From: a virus
Taxonomy: Duplodnaviria; Heunggongvirae; Uroviricota; Caudoviricetes
DNA: 5,715 nt
Virus record (IMG/VR): IMGVR_UViG_2534681759_000003
Strand: one strand, 5' to 3'
Numbering within the stretch: position 1 is the stretch's first letter; each line of letters starts with the position of its first letter. The position numbers and the translations under genes were made by a program. This document shows, piece after piece, positions 1 to 5,715 of the stretch. Under the pieces are notes generated by a model. That model saw only the letters and a program-made list of their open reading frames with translations, did not search any database and was not told the origin of the DNA.

Positions 1-2521
1 CAAGCTGACCGTTATCAATCTGCGTCCACAGCTCCTGAGCCAGATGGGTTTTCCCTATCTCGCCTTTGAAAAAATCCAGATAGCCTGATGCATCATCACT
101 CGGCTGACCGACAGCCTCCACGAATGCCGATTTGCCAACGGTGTTCACACTGCGAACATAAAAATAATAATCATGGCCCGGTTTGATATTGATACTGGCG
201 GCTATCCAGTACAGCGCCGTACCAAGATAACGCGCGCTGGTTTCAACCTGCCTGATATCCGCAATCCGCTTTTCCGAGAACCAGAACTCAAACTGTACCG
301 TCGGATCATAAACCGCAAGATGCGGCGTGGCGGTTATCTGAAAATAGCCCGGTGTCAGCTCAATCCGCGACGGCGCTGCCGGGGCGGCAATCCGGAACGA
401 TACCGACGCCGGATCGCCCTGCTGCCCCCACGCATTTACTGCCCGGACTGTCAGCCTGTAGTTCCCCAGAGCCAGTTGTGTGAAGCGGTAAGTGGTTTCC
501 GTCGTCCGGGCCGTGCTGACCAGCCGCTCACGGCCGTCATCCGCTGCCACGGTCAGGCGAAGCAGGAAGCTCACGCCCTTCACCACCTTCGGCGTGTCCC
601 AGCGCGCCAGCACCTGGTATTCCCCGCTGTCTGCGGTGACTTCTGCGGTCAGGTGCTGCACCGCTGGCGGCGTGACACCATTTACCGTGCCGCTCTGGTC
701 GCCGTCAAAGTGCGCCCCGTTATCCACGATGGCCTCTTTCTCCGGCACATGCTGCACGGCGGTGATGGCATACGTGCCGTCGTCGTTCTCACGGATACTC
801 ACGCAGCGGAACAGGCGCTGGCGCAACGTCGGCAGCTTCAGCCCCCATACGCTGTATTCAGCAACGCCGTCAGGAACACGGCTCACTTTCACCTTCACGC
901 CGTCGGTGACGGACTGAACCTCCACGCTGACCGGACTCCCCTGCCCGTCAACCAGGCTTATCAGCGTGGTGCCGGAAGATGGCAGCGTGATTTCACGGTC
1001 GAGCGTCAGCGTCCGGGTCTGGCTGTTCACCGCCAGCACGCGCCCGCCGATGCTGATACCGGCATAGTCATCATCGCAAATTTCAATGACATCGCCCGGT
1101 ACATGGCGAAGCCCTTCGGCACCCACGCTGAAGTCCACGGTCTGCGTTTCCAGCAGTTCCGTTTTAATCAGCCACAGCCCGGCGCGGTGTGCCTGCCCCC
1201 GACTGGTACAACCAAAGGCATCCATCTTCGTGACATTACGACCGTAACGGGCAATGGCCTGCGTATCTTCAACAAGCTCTGTCGCCGTCTCCCAGCCGTT
1301 GTTCGGGTCAATCCAGTTCACCTCAACGGCATTATGGCGGTCCTTCAGGGCGCTGAAACTGTAGCGGAACGGCGCGCCATCATCCGGCATCACCACATTA
1401 CTGCGGTTATAGATCCACACCTTATCCGACGGTCGGTCCTGCACGAACGTCAGCGTCTGCCCGTTCCATACCGGCATACAGCGCATCGCAGAGCAGAAAT
1501 CACTGAGCACATCCCACGCCTTGCGCTGTGTGGTCAGGTACGCATTACAGGTGATGCGCGGCTCCGTGCCGCCAAAGCCGTCCGGCACTGACTGGTCGCA
1601 GTACTGGCCGATGACATACAGCGCCCATTTGTCCACATCCGCCGCACCAAGACGTTTCCCCATGCCGTAGCGCGGATGGGTCAGCATATCCCACAGACAC
1701 CAGGCCATGTTGTTGCTGTATGCTGGCTTAAACGTTCCGTCCCAGATACCGCTGTATTGCCGCGTCTGCGGGTTATAGTTCGACGGCACCTGCAGAATGC
1801 GCCCGCGCAGATGATAATTACGGCTCACCTGCTGGCTGCCGAACTGCTCCGAGTCCACCTGCACGCCGACCAGTGCCGTGTTCGGGTAGCACTGTTTCAC
1901 ATCGATAATTTCGGTGTATGACGACCAGAGCGTTTTGTTCTGCAGCTGGTCTGTGGTGCTGTCCGGCGTCATCCTGCGCATCCGTATATTGAACGGGCGC
2001 GGCGGCAGGTTATCCACCACCACCGAGGCCAGATACTGTGAAGTGGTTTTACCCTTAATGGTGATGTCTTTTTCCGTCACCCAGCCACCGTTACGTTGTA
2101 TCTGAACCAGCAGGCGGACTTCCGATGGATTCCTGTCCCCCTTTGAGGTGGTTTCCACCAGTGCCTGCACGCCGAAAGTAAAACGCAGACGGTCAATGTT
2201 TGCCGACGTGATGGTCCGGGTGATCGGCGTGTCATATTTCACTTCTGTACCGAGCACCGTCTCGGAGCCGGAGGATTCAAATCCCTCCGGCGGTGTCTGC
2301 TCCTGCTCACCGGCCCGGAACACCACCGTGACGCCGGATATATTGGTATTCCCCTCAGTGTCCAGCACCGGCGTACTGTTCAGCAGCACGCTTTTTAATC
2401 CATCCACCGGACCTTCAACCGGCCCTTCGCTGATGGCATCGATCACACTCAGCAGCTGCGTGGACTTCAGGTTGTCCTTCGCTTCGCGCGGGGTATGCCC
2501 CTTACTGCTGCCTTTACCCAT
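1..2521 (-). CDS. J: Tail tip host-specificity protein J (central tail fibre), N-terminal ~840 codons; 3' end lies beyond the window start
   Basis: ATG at 2521..2519 (plus-strand cat) preceded by GGAG (2530..2533) with an 8-nt spacer. Hand translation of the minus strand gives [58 protein letters not shown]..., which I recognise as lambda gpJ. The ORF track reports no stop-terminated minus-strand ORF in 1..2521, consistent with one frame open to the window edge. Position directly downstream of I matches lambda gene order. Confidence 0.92.
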   Translation of the reverse strand, partial: MGKGSSKGHTPREAKDNLKSTQLLSVIDAISEGPVEGPVDGLKSVLLNSTPVLDTEGNTNISGVTVVFRAGEQEQTPPEGFESSGSETVLGTEVKYDTPITRTITSANIDRLRFTFGVQALVETTSKGDRNPSEVRLLVQIQRNGGWVTEKDITIKGKTTSQYLASVVVDNLPPRPFNIRMRRMTPDSTTDQLQNKTLWSSYTEIIDVKQCYPNTALVGVQVDSEQFGSQQVSRNYHLRGRILQVPSNYNPQTRQYSGIWDGTFKPAYSNNMAWCLWDMLTHPRYGMGKRLGAADVDKWALYVIGQYCDQSVPDGFGGTEPRITCNAYLTTQRKAWDVLSDFCSAMRCMPVWNGQTLTFVQDRPSDKVWIYNRSNVVMPDDGAPFRYSFSALKDRHNAVEVNWIDPNNGWETATELVEDTQAIARYGRNVTKMDAFGCTSRGQAHRAGLWLIKTELLETQTVDFSVGAEGLRHVPGDVIEICDDDYAGISIGGRVLAVNSQTRTLTLDREITLPSSGTTLISLVDGQGSPVSVEVQSVTDGVKVKVSRVPDGVAEYSVWGLKLPTLRQRLFRCVSIRENDDGTYAITAVQHVPEKEAIVDNGAHFDGDQSGTVNGVTPPAVQHLTAEVTADSGEYQVLARWDTPKVVKGVSFLLRLTVAADDGRERLVSTARTTETTYRFTQLALGNYRLTVRAVNAWGQQGDPASVSFRIAAPAAPSRIELTPGYFQITATPHLAVYDPTVQFEFWFSEKRIADIRQVETSARYLGTALYWIAASINIKPGHDYYFYVRSVNTVGKSAFVEAVGQPSDDASGYLDFFKGEIGKTHLAQELWTQIDNGQL

Positions 2522-2530
2522 TCGTCATGC

Positions 2531-2563
2531 TCCATAAACGATAAAACCGCCCGGAGGCGGTTT
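2531..2563 (-). terminator. Terminator-like stem-loop in the I-J intergenic spacer (8-bp stem, 4-nt loop, followed by a U-rich tract on the minus-strand transcript)
   Basis: Plus strand 2544..2563 aaaccgcc-cgga-ggcggttt is a perfect inverted repeat. On the minus-strand RNA it reads AAACCGCC-UCCG-GGCGGUUU followed by UAUCGUUUAU, then the J SD and ATG. Function not established; in lambda the late operon is read through under Q antitermination. Confidence 0.3.
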
Positions 2564-2581
2564 CACATAAAACATTTTGCA

Positions 2582-3253
2582 TCAGCGACCAATCACCACA
2601 ACCTGACCACCATCCCCTTCGTCTGCCGTGCTGATCTCCTGAGAAACCACGCGTGACCCCACGCGCATTTCACCGTACAGAACCGGCAGAACATTACCCT
2701 GGGCAACCATGTTATCCAGGGAGGAGAAATAGGTGTTCTGTTTGCCGTTATCCGTTGTCTGTGTACGGGGAGTTCTGGCTTTCGGTGCCAGCATCTGCGC
2801 CACACCACCGAGCACCATACTGGCACCGAGAGAAAACAGGATGCCGGTCATACCACCGGTCCCAATGGCTGCCCCCCATGCTGCAAGGGTGGCTCCGGCG
2901 GTAAAGAATGATCCGGCAATGGCGGCAGCCCCCAGGACAATCTGGAATACGCCACCTGACTTGGCCCCGGCGACTCTGGGAACAATATGAATCACAGCGC
3001 CATCAGGCAGAGTCTCATGTAACTGCGCCGTTAACCCGGACGTGCTGACGTCCCGCCCGGCAATCCGTACCTGATACCAGCCGTCGCTCAGTTTCTGACG
3101 AAACGCCGGGAGCTGTGTGGCCAGTGCCCGGATGGCTTCAGCCCCCGTTTTCACACGAAGGTCGATGCGGCGACCAAATCGTTGTAAATCCCCGTAAAGG
3201 CAGATGCGCGCCATGCCCGGTGACGCCAGAGGGAGTGTGTGCGTCGCTGCCAT
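2582..3253 (-). CDS. I: Tail assembly protein I (N-terminal ubiquitin-like beta-grasp domain, C-terminal Gly/Ala-rich hydrophobic region)
   Basis: 223-aa ORF in the track (MAATHTLPLASPGMARICLYGDLQRF...QVVVIGR), recognised as lambda gpI. Putative SD GAGAGG about 11 nt upstream (complement of 3265..3270). Start lies 103 nt inside the 3' end of K, as in lambda. Stop TGA at 2584..2582. Confidence 0.93.
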   Translation of the reverse strand: MAATHTLPLASPGMARICLYGDLQRFGRRIDLRVKTGAEAIRALATQLPAFRQKLSDGWYQVRIAGRDVSTSGLTAQLHETLPDGAVIHIVPRVAGAKSGGVFQIVLGAAAIAGSFFTAGATLAAWGAAIGTGGMTGILFSLGASMVLGGVAQMLAPKARTPRTQTTDNGKQNTYFSSLDNMVAQGNVLPVLYGEMRVGSRVVSQEISTADEGDGGQVVVIGR

Positions 3254-3894
3254 TTGTCGGTGTACCTCTCTCGTTTGCTCAGTTGTTCAGGAATATGGTG
3301 CAGCAGCTCGCCGTCGCCGCAGTAAATTGCGGCGTGATTCGGCACTGATGAACCAAAACAGCACAGCAGCACATCGCCCGGCTGTGCCGCTGACAACGGC
3401 ACCTGATACAGCCCCGTCGCCTCCAGATTATCCAGATAGAGATTCTGGCCGTTACGCCACCAGTCATCCTCACGATAAAAGTCCGGCATCTCAATCCCCG
3501 CCAGATGATAAGCATCCCGGAACAGTGTGTAACAGTCCGTCACACCGTGCTCAAAGCGCCGCCCGGTGAGATGCGGCACACAGCGGAACTTATGAATCGT
3601 CCCCCGGCAGACCAGCCACCACGGCAAATCACTCTGCACCTGCAGCCGCCGGTCGGTCTCACTCAGCCAGGGCAGACCACCGGGGTGGCTGTGGACCAGC
3701 GCCACAATCTCACCCTGCATCTCTGCCCGCAGCCAGTCCTCCGGCGACATCCGGAAATACTCCTCCGGCTCACCGGAGATATTCACGCAGGGAAAATATC
3801 TTTCCCCCTCCGGCGTGCTTACCACGAAGCCGCACGACTCCGCTGGCGCACATCGCCGGGCGTGCGCCAGAATCGCTGATTCTGTCTGTGTCAT
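3151..3894 (-). CDS. K: Tail tip assembly protein K: N-terminal JAB/MPN (JAMM) metallopeptidase-like domain plus C-terminal NlpC/P60 cysteine peptidase-like domain (long 247-aa form; alternative internal start at 3750 gives the classical 199-aa form)
   Basis: 247-aa ORF in the track. JAMM signature H68-S-H70-x7-S78-x2-D81 (HSHPGGLPWLSETD) with a candidate upstream Glu in AESCGFVV (E19). NlpC/P60-like Cys in GVTDCYTLF and His residues in NHAAIYCG / LLHHIP. ATG at 3894 lies 5 nt after the L stop. Internal Met49 (3750..3748) is preceded by GGAGGAG (complement of 3760..3766) with a 9-nt spacer. Confidence 0.88.
   Translation of the reverse strand: MTQTESAILAHARRCAPAESCGFVVSTPEGERYFPCVNISGEPEEYFRMSPEDWLRAEMQGEIVALVHSHPGGLPWLSETDRRLQVQSDLPWWLVCRGTIHKFRCVPHLTGRRFEHGVTDCYTLFRDAYHLAGIEMPDFYREDDWWRNGQNLYLDNLEATGLYQVPLSAAQPGDVLLCCFGSSVPNHAAIYCGDGELLHHIPEQLSKRERYTDKWQRRTHSLWRHRAWRASAFTGIYNDLVAASTFV
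3760..3766 (-). promoter_or_regulatory. K: Shine-Dalgarno sequence (GGAGGAG) serving the internal K start codon at 3750..3748
   Basis: Complement of plus-strand ctcctcc at 3760..3766, 9 nt upstream of the in-frame ATG that corresponds to the classical 199-aa K start. Confidence 0.5.
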
Positions 3895-3899
3895 GGGAT

Positions 3900-4598
3900 T
3901 TACTGCGAAAGTTTGTTAATGGAAAGGAAGCCGCCAAAGTTGCCGACGTTATTGCGGAACTTACAGCCACTCAGGCATTTGCTGCATTTATCCTTCGTGA
4001 TATCGGACGTCGGCTGGTCATATTCATCCGCGACCGCCGGACCGCTATAACCGCACTCATCGCCGCGATAGGTCCAGGTGCAGGTGTTGGCCAGCATGAT
4101 ACGTCCCGGAAAAACAGCGCCATCCGTTTCAGTCGGCGTGGACAGTACAAAAGAGGCACTCACCGCGCTCAGTTCGCTGCACTGCTCGATGCGCCAGCGG
4201 CTGATCACCTCCTGCTCCGGATCGGCTTCGCTGTTTCCGTTGACGAAGTTCACCGCATCCAGAAAGCGGGCGTAAACCTTACGCCGGACCACCGTTCCGC
4301 CGACCAGACTCTGCAGATCTTCCGCCATCCCGGTGATCATGCCGTGCAGGTTAGAGACCGTCAGTGTCGGACGGGCAGCACTGCCCTTGCCGTTCATCTC
4401 AAATCCACTCCCCTGAATGGGATAGGCCTGATACTGCCGACTCTGCCAGGTGACAGACTCACCTTTTTCGTTCTGCTCATTACAGAAAAAGTAGCGATCT
4501 CCACCGACCTCTGTCAGGTCGATTTCCCAGAGCACCACGCTGGCCGACTGCTCCGCACGGGTGCATTCATTCAGTGTTTCCTGCCGGATATCCTGCAT
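3900..4598 (-). CDS. L: Tail tip protein L (Cys-rich C-terminus; lambda gpL is reported to bind an iron-sulfur cluster)
   Basis: 232-aa ORF in the track (MQDIRQETLNECTRAEQSASVVLWEIDLTEVGGDRYFFCNEQ...FLSINKLSQ), recognised as lambda gpL. Its ATG overlaps the M stop by one base (minus-strand TGATG, 4600..4596). C-terminal region has five Cys (..NTCTW..DECGY..DKCSKCLSGCKF..). Confidence 0.93.
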   Translation of the reverse strand: MQDIRQETLNECTRAEQSASVVLWEIDLTEVGGDRYFFCNEQNEKGESVTWQSRQYQAYPIQGSGFEMNGKGSAARPTLTVSNLHGMITGMAEDLQSLVGGTVVRRKVYARFLDAVNFVNGNSEADPEQEVISRWRIEQCSELSAVSASFVLSTPTETDGAVFPGRIMLANTCTWTYRGDECGYSGPAVADEYDQPTSDITKDKCSKCLSGCKFRNNVGNFGGFLSINKLSQ

Positions 4599-4927
4599 CA
4601 GTTCACCACCTGTTCAAACTCTGCGCTGAACTCAACACGCAGCATACTGACCCGCGACGACCATTTTGCGCAGGTCACCTTTATCTGCCGCCACTCATAA
4701 GGCGGCGTCCACAGAAAGGCTTTCCAGCCCCCGTGCTCTTCCAGAAACGACTCCAGTACCGTGGCCTCCTCACGGGGGACAGAAAGCGTCACGCTGTACG
4801 TTTTCAGGTTGGCATTCAGCCCGGCAGGCGCTCGCTGGGAATAGCCATCACCAAAGCGCACCTTTCTTACAGAAGGGGCCGAAGCCACATCCATACCGGG
4901 TTTCACTTTCCAGCGGAAGGTTTTCAT
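4598..4927 (-). CDS. M: Tail tip protein M
   Basis: 109-aa ORF in the track (MKTFRWKVKPGMDVASAPSVRKVRFGDGYSQRAPAG...EFEQVVN), recognised as lambda gpM. Strong SD GGAGGTGG (complement of 4931..4938) 3 nt before the ATG at 4927..4925. The start sits in an ATGA context that in lambda also supplies the H stop codon. Confidence 0.92.
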   Translation of the reverse strand: MKTFRWKVKPGMDVASAPSVRKVRFGDGYSQRAPAGLNANLKTYSVTLSVPREEATVLESFLEEHGGWKAFLWTPPYEWRQIKVTCAKWSSRVSMLRVEFSAEFEQVVN

Positions 4928-5055
4928 CGTCCACCTCCGGAGAACAGGCCACCATCACGCATCTGTGTCTGAATTTCATCACGGGCACCCTTGCGGGCCA
5001 TGTCATACACTGCCTTCAGAGCTGTGGACCTATCTGACCGTTCGTGCCGTCGTTG
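4924..5055 (-). other. H: Out-of-frame 3' remnant of H: 43 open codons ending at the TGA that overlaps the M start (ATGA); not joined to the main H frame in this sequence
   Basis: Hand translation of the minus strand in the frame ending with stop 4926..4924 gives QRRHERSRDSTALKAVYDMARKGARDEIQTQMRDGGLFSGGGR*, bounded upstream by TAA at 5058..5056. The ALKAVYDM...GGLFSGGGR part looks like genuine coding sequence, and I believe it matches the lambda gpH C-terminus (from memory). It is offset by one nucleotide from the main H frame. Confidence 0.5.
4931..4938 (-). promoter_or_regulatory. M: Shine-Dalgarno sequence (GGAGGTGG) for M
   Basis: Complement of plus-strand ccacctcc at 4931..4938, 3 nt upstream of the M ATG at 4927..4925. 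Confidence 0.55.
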
Positions 5056-5715
5056 TTAATCACCACATGGTTATTCTGCTTAAAAGTCATGCCTGCGGCC
5101 CGCCGCATCTGCGCCGGGCTGCCCGGTGTACCGACATAACCGCCGGTGGCATAGCCGCGCATCAGCCGGTAAAGATTCCCCACGCCAATCCGGCTGGTTG
5201 CCTCCTTCGTGAAGACAAATTCACCACGGTGAACAATCCCCGCTGGCTCATATTTGCCGCCGGTTCCCGTAAATCCTCCGGTTGCAAAATGGAATTTCGC
5301 CGCAGCGGCCTGAATGGCTGTACCGCCTGACGCGGATGCGCCGCCACCAACAGCCCCGCCAATGGCGCTGCCGATACTCCCGACAATCCCCACCATTGCC
5401 TGCTTAAGCAGAATTTCTGTCATCATGGACAGCACGGAACGGGTGAAGCTGCGCCAGTTCTGCTCACTGCCGGTCAGCATCGCCGCCATATTCTGTGCAA
5501 TACCATCAAAGGTCTGCGTGGCTGCACTTTTTACCTGCGACATACTGTCCGTGGCGCTCTCTTCCCACTCACTCCAGCCGGACTTCAGGCCTGCCATCCA
5601 GCTCCCGCGAAGCTGGTCTTCAGCCGCCCAGGTCTTTTTCTGCTCTGACATGACGTTATTCAGCGCCAGCGGATTATCGCCATACTGTTCCTTCAGGCGC
5701 TGTTCCGTGGCTTCC
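5016..5715 (-). CDS. H: Tail length tape-measure protein H, C-terminal portion (5' end beyond the window); frame ends at TGA 5018..5016, earlier than expected from lambda
   Basis: The minus-strand frame reported as 5016..5651 (211 aa from an internal Met) presumably continues upstream to the window edge (not verified codon by codon). Contains a Gly/Ala/Ser-rich hydrophobic segment (VGIVGSIGSAIGGAVGGGASASGGTAIQAAAAKF) and ends ...NNHVVINNDGTNGQIGPQL. Position immediately upstream of M matches lambda gene H. Confidence 0.85.
   Translation of the reverse strand, partial: EATEQRLKEQYGDNPLALNNVMSEQKKTWAAEDQLRGSWMAGLKSGWSEWEESATDSMSQVKSAATQTFDGIAQNMAAMLTGSEQNWRSFTRSVLSMMTEILLKQAMVGIVGSIGSAIGGAVGGGASASGGTAIQAAAAKFHFATGGFTGTGGKYEPAGIVHRGEFVFTKEATSRIGVGNLYRLMRGYATGGYVGTPGSPAQMRRAAGMTFKQNNHVVINNDGTNGQIGPQL

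Noticed and set aside
173-1591. 472-aa plus-strand ORF
   Set aside because: Lies entirely antisense to J, whose frame is strongly supported. The product is Arg/His/Pro-rich low-complexity with no recognisable domain and no convincing RBS. Long antisense ORFs are expected opposite GC-rich, codon-biased genes.
1676-2537. Plus-strand ORFs of 63-129 aa (1676..1921, 1914..2105, 2148..2537)
   Set aside because: All antisense to J; short, no SD, atypical composition.
2593-4159. Short ORFs in alternative frames inside I, K and L on either strand (2593..2826, 2653..2904, 2733..2990, 3115..3348, 3204..3569, 3279..3515, 3505..3879, 3770..3970, 3971..4159, 4078..4275)
   Set aside because: Embedded in, or antisense to, well-supported genes. 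Cys/Arg-rich or otherwise non-protein-like translations; no independent evidence.
3888-4700. 270-aa plus-strand ORF
   Set aside because: Antisense to L and M, both confidently identified. Composition is not protein-like and there is no RBS.
5016-5058. Programmed ribosomal frameshift as an explanation for the H frame break
   Set aside because: No slippery heptamer or stimulatory structure at the junction (minus strand ..GGTCCACAGCTCTGAAGG..). The known lambda programmed frameshift is in G/T, upstream of H and outside this window. A simple 1-nt indel is the more economical explanation.
4574-5330. Plus-strand ORFs of 121-132 aa (4574..4972, 4666..5037, 4965..5330)
   Set aside because: Antisense to M and H; no supporting signals.
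5162-5386. 74-aa minus-strand ORF
   Set aside because: Alternative frame within H; not supported.
1-5715. CRISPR arrays, tRNA or other structured RNA genes, IS elements or terminal inverted repeats, tandem repeats
   Set aside because: By eye there are no repeated spacer-repeat units, no cloverleaf-like candidates, and no inverted-repeat-bounded transposase ORF. The only notable inverted repeat is the I-J hairpin, reported separately.
1-5715. Claim of a previously undescribed biological system
   Set aside because: Every gene in the window maps onto the well-characterised lambda tail-tip module. Only fine-scale differences (H frame interruption, K start) are unusual.

Overview
The window is the tail-tip assembly module of a lambda-type siphophage, all encoded on the minus strand and collinear with coliphage lambda H-M-L-K-I-J. 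From high to low coordinates: the C-terminal part of tape-measure protein H (runs off the 3' edge), M, L, K, I, and the N-terminal ~840 codons of host-specificity protein J (runs off the 5' edge). The proteins look essentially identical to lambda's, so this is a well-described system, not a novel one. No tRNA, CRISPR, IS element or repeat array was seen. The most notable observation is that the H reading frame stops 92 nt before the M start codon instead of overlapping it, which points to a 1-nt indel or sequencing error near 5022-5026. Also worth a look: K is open for 247 codons, and the 48-codon N-terminal extension carries the likely catalytic Glu of its JAB/JAMM motif, while the best ribosome-binding site sits in front of the internal Met. 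There is a terminator-like hairpin in the 60-nt I-J spacer. All plus-strand ORFs in the track are judged antisense artefacts.
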